DNA of 64,000 nucleotides, from contig CBDCVK010000010.1 of assembly GCA_965223005.1 (NCBI GenBank), positions 1,216,001-1,280,000 of the forward strand, written 5' to 3'. A program made the position numbers and the translations under genes. The notes under the pieces were generated by a model. That model was not told the DNA's origin. It saw only the letters and a program-made list of their open reading frames with translations, and made no database searches. This DNA comes from Terriglobia bacterium. Its GTDB lineage: Bacteria; Acidobacteriota; Terriglobia; JAJPHL01; JAPKYU01. This document shows positions 59,024-64,000 of the stretch, one piece after another. Within the stretch, counting starts at the first letter, position 1. Each line of letters begins with the position of its first letter.

Positions 59024-59500
59024 GTGCGCGCAGCCGTCCTGACTGTCAGCGATTCCTGCTACCGGGGCGAACGGCCCGACCGTTCGGGGGCCGAGGTGTC
59101 GGAGCGCCTGCGCGCTCTGGGGTGGGAGGTGCTGGAGCAGGGCATTGTGCCGGACGAGTCCGACGCCATTCTGCTGGCCCTGCAACAGTGGGCTACCCGC
59201 GACGACCTGGATGCCATTTTCACCGCCGGCGGCACCGGCGTCGCCCCGCGCGATGTAACCCCGGAGGCCACCCGCACGGTCATCGAGCGCGAGGTGCCCG
59301 GGCTGGCCGAACTGATGCGGGCAGAAGGGGTGAAGACCACCCACCGCGCGGCCCTCTCCCGCGCCGTGGCCGGAACCCGCGGCGCCATGCTGATTCTGAA
59401 CCTGCCCGGCAGCCCGCGCGGGGCCGTCGAATCTCTGGACGCGGTGGCCGATCTGCTGCCCCACGTGCTGGAACTGCTCCGCGGCGACTCTCCGCATTGA
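59024..59500 (+). CDS. MogA/MoaB family molybdopterin adenylyltransferase
   Basis: LTVSD, DRSG, VPDE, GGTG..PRDVTPEAT, NLPGSP. Confidence 0.93.
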   Translation: MRAAVLTVSDSCYRGERPDRSGAEVSERLRALGWEVLEQGIVPDESDAILLALQQWATRDDLDAIFTAGGTGVAPRDVTPEATRTVIEREVPGLAELMRAEGVKTTHRAALSRAVAGTRGAMLILNLPGSPRGAVESLDAVADLLPHVLELLRGDSPH

Positions 59501-59550
59501 GGACCTGCACCATTCTGCGAACAAGAGCGCAAGTGACAAAAGCGCAAGTG

Positions 59551-60612
59551 ATGGACCCCTGGTGGCAACGAATCGCTGTAGGCCTCATCCTTGTCCTGGC
59601 GCTTCCCCTGGTGGCTGAGCAGACGGAGCTTCCCTGGCCGACCGGCCTGCGCAAGAAGGAAGCCCTGACCGGCCACATCGCTGCCATTGACAAGGACCAG
59701 ATGCTGGTCCGCTCGCTGGATTTCGGCGACGTGCTCTTCTGGGTGGACCAGCGCACAGTGGTCCGCGTGGATAAGTTCCGGTTGACCTTGGAGGACCTTC
59801 GGGTAGGTGATCCGGTCGCTGTCCGCCTGAAGAAGATCAAGAAGCGCGGCCCCTATGCCAAGGAAATCCTGCCCCACCCGGACGTGCGAGAGCGCAAGCT
59901 GCGTGGTGAGACTGAGGCGCCCGAGCTGCCGACGGTGGGCGGGCACGGCGGCTATATCCCGCCAGAAGGTTCTACACTGCCGCCGGGAGCACCGCCTGTT
60001 ACAGGCGCCACTGGGGAACCGGCTTCAGCGGACCCTGCATCGTCGTTCCCCACACTGCCCGCGGGCGCGCCCGGTGTGGTCGGCAGCGTGGTCGCGGTGT
60101 TTACTGACTCGCTGGAGGTGCGCGACACCGAAGACCAACCGCAGAAGGTGCTGTTGACCGGCATCACCCTCATCAAGCGCGCCGGCAGTGACACTATTCT
60201 GCGCGCGGTCGAGCCCGGCGACCGCGTGGCCATCGTCGGCGACCGGTTGGACACCGGCGAGTGGATTGCCCGCGCAGTGTTGGTGCAAAGGTCAAAGACC
60301 CCTGAGACCGCGCAACTAGAGGGGCGACCCGCCAGGGAGGCAGAAGAGGTTTTCCAGGGCGGGGTCGCCCGACTCTCCGGAGTCATTGTCGCGTTGGACG
60401 CCACCCCGGGCAACGAACAGATCCGGCTCCGCACCGAAAAAGGTGAACGCAGAGTACTGCTCACCGGCGGCACCGCAGTGCGCCGGATGGGCACCCGCAG
60501 CAGTCTGATCGCGTTGAAAGTCGGAGACGAGGTCAGCGTGGAGGGTGATGTGCTGCAAAACGGTCTGATGGTAGCCCGAGAAGTTACCGTCACCAAGCTC
60601 GCCGGCTCCTAG
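59551..60612 (+). CDS. Secreted multi-OB-fold protein (DUF5666-like repeats)
   Basis: Signal peptide; three repeats with LRVGDPV / VEPGDRV / LKVGDEV.VEG. Confidence 0.7.
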   Translation: MDPWWQRIAVGLILVLALPLVAEQTELPWPTGLRKKEALTGHIAAIDKDQMLVRSLDFGDVLFWVDQRTVVRVDKFRLTLEDLRVGDPVAVRLKKIKKRGPYAKEILPHPDVRERKLRGETEAPELPTVGGHGGYIPPEGSTLPPGAPPVTGATGEPASADPASSFPTLPAGAPGVVGSVVAVFTDSLEVRDTEDQPQKVLLTGITLIKRAGSDTILRAVEPGDRVAIVGDRLDTGEWIARAVLVQRSKTPETAQLEGRPAREAEEVFQGGVARLSGVIVALDATPGNEQIRLRTEKGERRVLLTGGTAVRRMGTRSSLIALKVGDEVSVEGDVLQNGLMVAREVTVTKLAGS

Positions 60613-60656
60613 CAACTGGAAACAGAAAAAGTAAACGGAAAAATAAGAAAAGATCG

Positions 60657-60754
60657 ATCCGCAGATTTCGCAGATATCACAAGAACTCTGGATTTGGGGA
60701 GCGCACCGAGAGTTTTGGTGCCTGAAATCTTAGTAATCTGCGTAATCTGCGGAT
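60657..60754. repeat. Imperfect inverted repeat element (atccgcagat-type REP/MITE-like)
   Basis: atccgcagatttcgcagat ... atctgcgtaatctgcggat, 18/19 complementary. Confidence 0.8.
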
Positions 60755-60877
60755 GGCGTTTGGTCATCCGGCGAAAAACTCCAGGCCGGCGAACGCGGGT
60801 TGGCGCGGAACGAATCGGCCCTCAGCTCAGGCGCCTCAGAGTGGCCCTACGAACTAGTCTGGAGATACAATAGTTAT

Positions 60878-61279
60878 ATGGCCGACACAAAAACTCCCAG
60901 TGACCGCTACGACGCGGAGCTGGTGAGGCGCCTAGCACGCGCACGGCAACAGGCGGCCGAAAGGCACCCGGAGGGGCTCTACGAGGAAGCCATCGAATCC
61001 CTCCAACACCCCGACGCCGCCGTTCGTCAGGAAGCTGTAGTCTTCTTGGGACGCCATCTCCGAAAGCGCGATGATGCCCAGGTGTTGCTGGAGATGGTGG
61101 CGGCGGATCCCAGCCCCGAGGTGCGCAAGTTGTCAGCCCAATGCCTCGGGGGAATCTTTCGCAGCACTCGCAATCGCCAAGTAAATGAGGTACTGGCGGA
61201 AGCCGCAAAAAACCCGGATGAGGATGCCGCGGTGCGCGCCACGGCATACGCGGCAATCCGGCACATCAATGGCTACTGA
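60878..61279 (+). CDS. HEAT-repeat protein
   Basis: HPDAAVRQEA, DPSPEVRK, DEDAAVRATA; TACAAT 6 nt before the ATG suggests a leaderless mRNA. Confidence 0.8.
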   Translation: MADTKTPSDRYDAELVRRLARARQQAAERHPEGLYEEAIESLQHPDAAVRQEAVVFLGRHLRKRDDAQVLLEMVAADPSPEVRKLSAQCLGGIFRSTRNRQVNEVLAEAAKNPDEDAAVRATAYAAIRHINGY

Positions 61280-61441
61280 GCGGCTACTGACTTGCCTCAG
61301 CCCCCTTGAATGCTGATGATTGACTGCCAGTAGCGTCCCAACTTCGCCGTGACAGACTGGCCGCGAATCGGTGTCTGCCGACGCCATTGACAAGCCCGCA
61401 GGCGCTCTTGATAATGAAAGATCCCGAGAGGAGGGACACGC

Positions 61442-61708
61442 GTGATCAAGCTCGACATCGTCAACGCGGTGGTAAACCGCACCGGCATCACCAAGACCAA
61501 GGCGGAGCAGGCCGTCGAAACCGTATTCGAAAGCATGAAGAAGGCTCTGGAGCGCGGCAACCGGATCGAGTTGCGCGGCTTTGGGGTCTTCAACGTGAAG
61601 CCGCGCAAAACAGGCATCGGGCGCAATCCCCGCACAGGCGACGTGGTCAACATTCCTCCAGGCAAGGCTGTTCGTTTCAAACCGGGCAAGGAGTTGCAGA
61701 CTCTCTAG
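61442..61708 (+). CDS. HU/IHF family DNA-binding protein
   Basis: IELRGFGVF, GRNPRTG, RFKPGK. Confidence 0.95.
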   Translation: MIKLDIVNAVVNRTGITKTKAEQAVETVFESMKKALERGNRIELRGFGVFNVKPRKTGIGRNPRTGDVVNIPPGKAVRFKPGKELQTL

Positions 61709-61769
61709 TCCTGTTCGTGCGCGCCGTCCCCCACCCGGCACCAAGGAGCTGAGCACCCCCCGTTACGGC

Positions 61770-62726
61770 ATGAGCGACCATCCCTACCAGTGGCGTCCCC
61801 TCGGATATGAAGTCCCTCAATTTCGCGAAGTGGCCGCAGCGCCACCGCAGCAGAGGTTGTGGCTGCACTTGTTGTTGTTTGGCCTGACGGTGCTGAGCAC
61901 ACTGGCCGTGGGCGCGCACCTGGCATCCAGCTACGCGAACAGGCAGCCGGCCTTCGATCTCCGACACATCTGGAACCCCTTCACTGACTTGTGGGGCCAA
62001 CCCGAACGTCTGCTGAACGGCTTCCCCTTCGCGCTGACTCTGCTCGGTATACTGCTGGCCCACGAAATGGGGCACTACTTTGCCTGCCGCTATTACGGAA
62101 TTGCCGCGACTTACCCCTACTTCGTTCCCGCGCCGACCATCTTTGGGACCATGGGCGCCTTCATTCGCATTCGCTCCCCGATCGTGAGCCGCCGCGCCCT
62201 GTTCGACATCGGCATCGCCGGGCCGCTGGTGGGCTTCTTTGTCGCGCTGCCAGTGCTGATCTTCGGGATCGCTGCCTCGCAGATGGTTCCGGCAGTGCAG
62301 GCGACCGGGACGGTGACCTTCGGCAATCCACCGCTGGTCACCCTGCTGGAGAAGGTGCTCCACCCGCACGTCGCCGAGCAGCACCTGTACTTTCACCCGG
62401 TGGCACGCGCTGCCTGGGTGGGCTTGTTTGCCACCGCCCTGAACCTACTGCCCATCGGCCAACTGGACGGCGGCCACATTCTGTATGCTCTGGTCGGGGA
62501 GAGACACCGCTTATATTCGCGCCTGTTCGTGCTGGCGCTGATCCCGCTCGGCTACCTCTACTGGTCTGGATGGTTGCTGTGGTCGGTGCTTCTATTGTTC
62601 TTGGGAACGCGCCACCCGGCGATCTTCGACCCGGTGCCTCTGGACCGCCGCCGCCGCTGGCTCTGTGCGGTTGCCCTGGTGGTCTTTCTGTTGTGCTTCA
62701 CCCCCAGCCCCCTCGTCGCCCGGTAA
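61770..62726 (+). CDS. Site-2 protease (M50)
   Basis: HEMGH, AGPLVG, NLLPIGQLDGGH. Confidence 0.93.
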   Translation: MSDHPYQWRPLGYEVPQFREVAAAPPQQRLWLHLLLFGLTVLSTLAVGAHLASSYANRQPAFDLRHIWNPFTDLWGQPERLLNGFPFALTLLGILLAHEMGHYFACRYYGIAATYPYFVPAPTIFGTMGAFIRIRSPIVSRRALFDIGIAGPLVGFFVALPVLIFGIAASQMVPAVQATGTVTFGNPPLVTLLEKVLHPHVAEQHLYFHPVARAAWVGLFATALNLLPIGQLDGGHILYALVGERHRLYSRLFVLALIPLGYLYWSGWLLWSVLLLFLGTRHPAIFDPVPLDRRRRWLCAVALVVFLLCFTPSPLVAR

Positions 62727-62827
62727 GGCAGTTTCCCAAGTCTCTTGCAAGACCATCGAACTCTTTCCGTAGTCCGAACCCCGCTCTTGACGCCGGACTT
62801 TGGATTCGAGCGGGTTGCGGCCGGACG

Positions 62828-64000
62828 CTACAGCAAGGTCAGCGGGTCCACGTCGACGACCATGGCGGTCGGGGGAAGCTGCTGGGCGCGGGCAAACGAG
62901 CGGCAATCTTCGAGCAAGCTGTGCAGGGTGCTGCGGCGCTGGGATTTCACCAGGAACTGGTAGCGGTACTCCTGTTTCAGCCGGGCCAGCGGTGCGGCTG
63001 CCGGTCCCAACACGCGCACGCCAGACCATTTGCCTTCCCCCAGGCGTTTGGCCAGCCCGCCGCTCCACTTCACCGCCAGCTCCAGCTTTGGGCTGCGTAT
63101 CAGGATGTTGGCCAGTGCGGAGAACGGCGGGTAATGCATCACCCGGCGGAATTGCAGCTCCTTCTGGTAGAAGGCGGCGTAGTCCTGGGCGGCGGCGCAG
63201 CGGATGGCGTAATGCTCGGGGAAATAGGTTTGGATGACGACAGCCCCGGGCAGCTCGCCGCGTCCGGCCCGTCCGGCCACCTGGGTGAGCAAGTGGAAGG
63301 TGCGCTCAGCGGCCCGGAAATCCGGCAACCCCAGGGCCACGTCGGCCGAGACCACCCCCACTAGCGTTACACGGTGGATGTCGTGGCCTTTGGCAATCAT
63401 CTGTGTGCCCACCAGGATGTCGTACCGGCCGTCGCGAAACTCAGCCAGTATGCGTTCGGACTGGCGCCGGCCACGGGCGGTGTCGCGGTCCAGGCGAACG
63501 ACGCGGGCGCCGGAGAAGCGCTCGGCCACCAGCGCTTCAATCTTCTCCGAGCCCTCGCCCAAAAAGTAGACATGTTCGCTCGAGCACTGTGGGCAAACTT
63601 TGGGCACCGCCGTCCAGTAGTCGCAGTAGTGGCACAGCAGGCGGTTTTCCCGACGGTGGTAGGTAAGCGCAATACTGCATTGGGTGCATTGCGCCGTCTG
63701 GCCACAGGAGCGACACAGCGCTACGGCCGCGTAGCCGCGCCGGTTCAGCAGCAGGATGACCTGCTGGCGGGCCTCGAGCCGCTGCCGAATTTGCTCCTCG
63801 AGCGAGCGCGAGAACACTTCGACCCTCCTGCGCTCCTGGAACTCGCCGCGCATGTCCACGACTTGCACCTCGGCCAGAGGCCGGCCTTCGACGCGCTCGC
63901 TCAGCTCCAACAGGCGAAACTTGCCGCTGGCGGCGTTGTAGCGGGATTCCAGGCTGGGGGTGGCTGAGCCCAGCAGCGCGACCGCCCCCGCGTCGCGTGC
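62828..64000 (-). CDS. priA: Primosomal protein N' (5'-partial)
   Basis: LGSATPS, LNRRGY, four CxxC, GTQMIAKGHD, QVAGRAGR, YPPF. Confidence 0.96.
   Translation of the reverse strand, partial: ARDAGAVALLGSATPSLESRYNAASGKFRLLELSERVEGRPLAEVQVVDMRGEFQERRRVEVFSRSLEEQIRQRLEARQQVILLLNRRGYAAVALCRSCGQTAQCTQCSIALTYHRRENRLLCHYCDYWTAVPKVCPQCSSEHVYFLGEGSEKIEALVAERFSGARVVRLDRDTARGRRQSERILAEFRDGRYDILVGTQMIAKGHDIHRVTLVGVVSADVALGLPDFRAAERTFHLLTQVAGRAGRGELPGAVVIQTYFPEHYAIRCAAAQDYAAFYQKELQFRRVMHYPPFSALANILIRSPKLELAVKWSGGLAKRLGEGKWSGVRVLGPAAAPLARLKQEYRYQFLVKSQRRSTLHSLLEDCRSFARAQQLPPTAMVVDVDPLTLL

Noticed and set aside
1-64000. tRNA, rRNA or known riboswitch genes
   Set aside because: None recognised by eye in the intergenic regions, including upstream of the TonB receptor and moeA; a covariance-model scan is needed to exclude them.

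Overview
GC-rich bacterial chromosomal window, most consistent with Acidobacteriota (two TIGR03437-type secreted proteins, an acidobacterial VWA protein, DUF1549/DUF1553/DUF1501 genes). Housekeeping and cofactor genes: CADD-panB-panC, addB-addA, tsaC/sua5, amrB, ppiD-like, FBP aldolase/phosphatase, frameshifted purA, moeA-moaC-RR-mogA, HU and partial priA. A catabolic cluster (MFS, GarR-like, SDR, ALDH, iolD, HpcH aldolase) precedes a BMC shell gene and an acylating aldehyde dehydrogenase. Main signals the ORF track does not explain: (1) a probable DsrE-family selenoprotein, with an in-frame UGA in a U-x-x-C motif and a SECIS-like hairpin; (2) a 2.65 kb IS1-family passenger-carrying element with perfect 17-bp terminal inverted repeats, an internally deleted transposase and a candidate ~75-nt small RNA with its own promoter and terminator; (3) an exact ~298-bp copy of the VWA gene 3' end held inside nested inverted repeats; (4) a relay of overlapping micro-uORFs in front of purA; (5) many 9-27 bp tandem micro-duplications. 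All family calls come from motif recognition by eye, not database searches.
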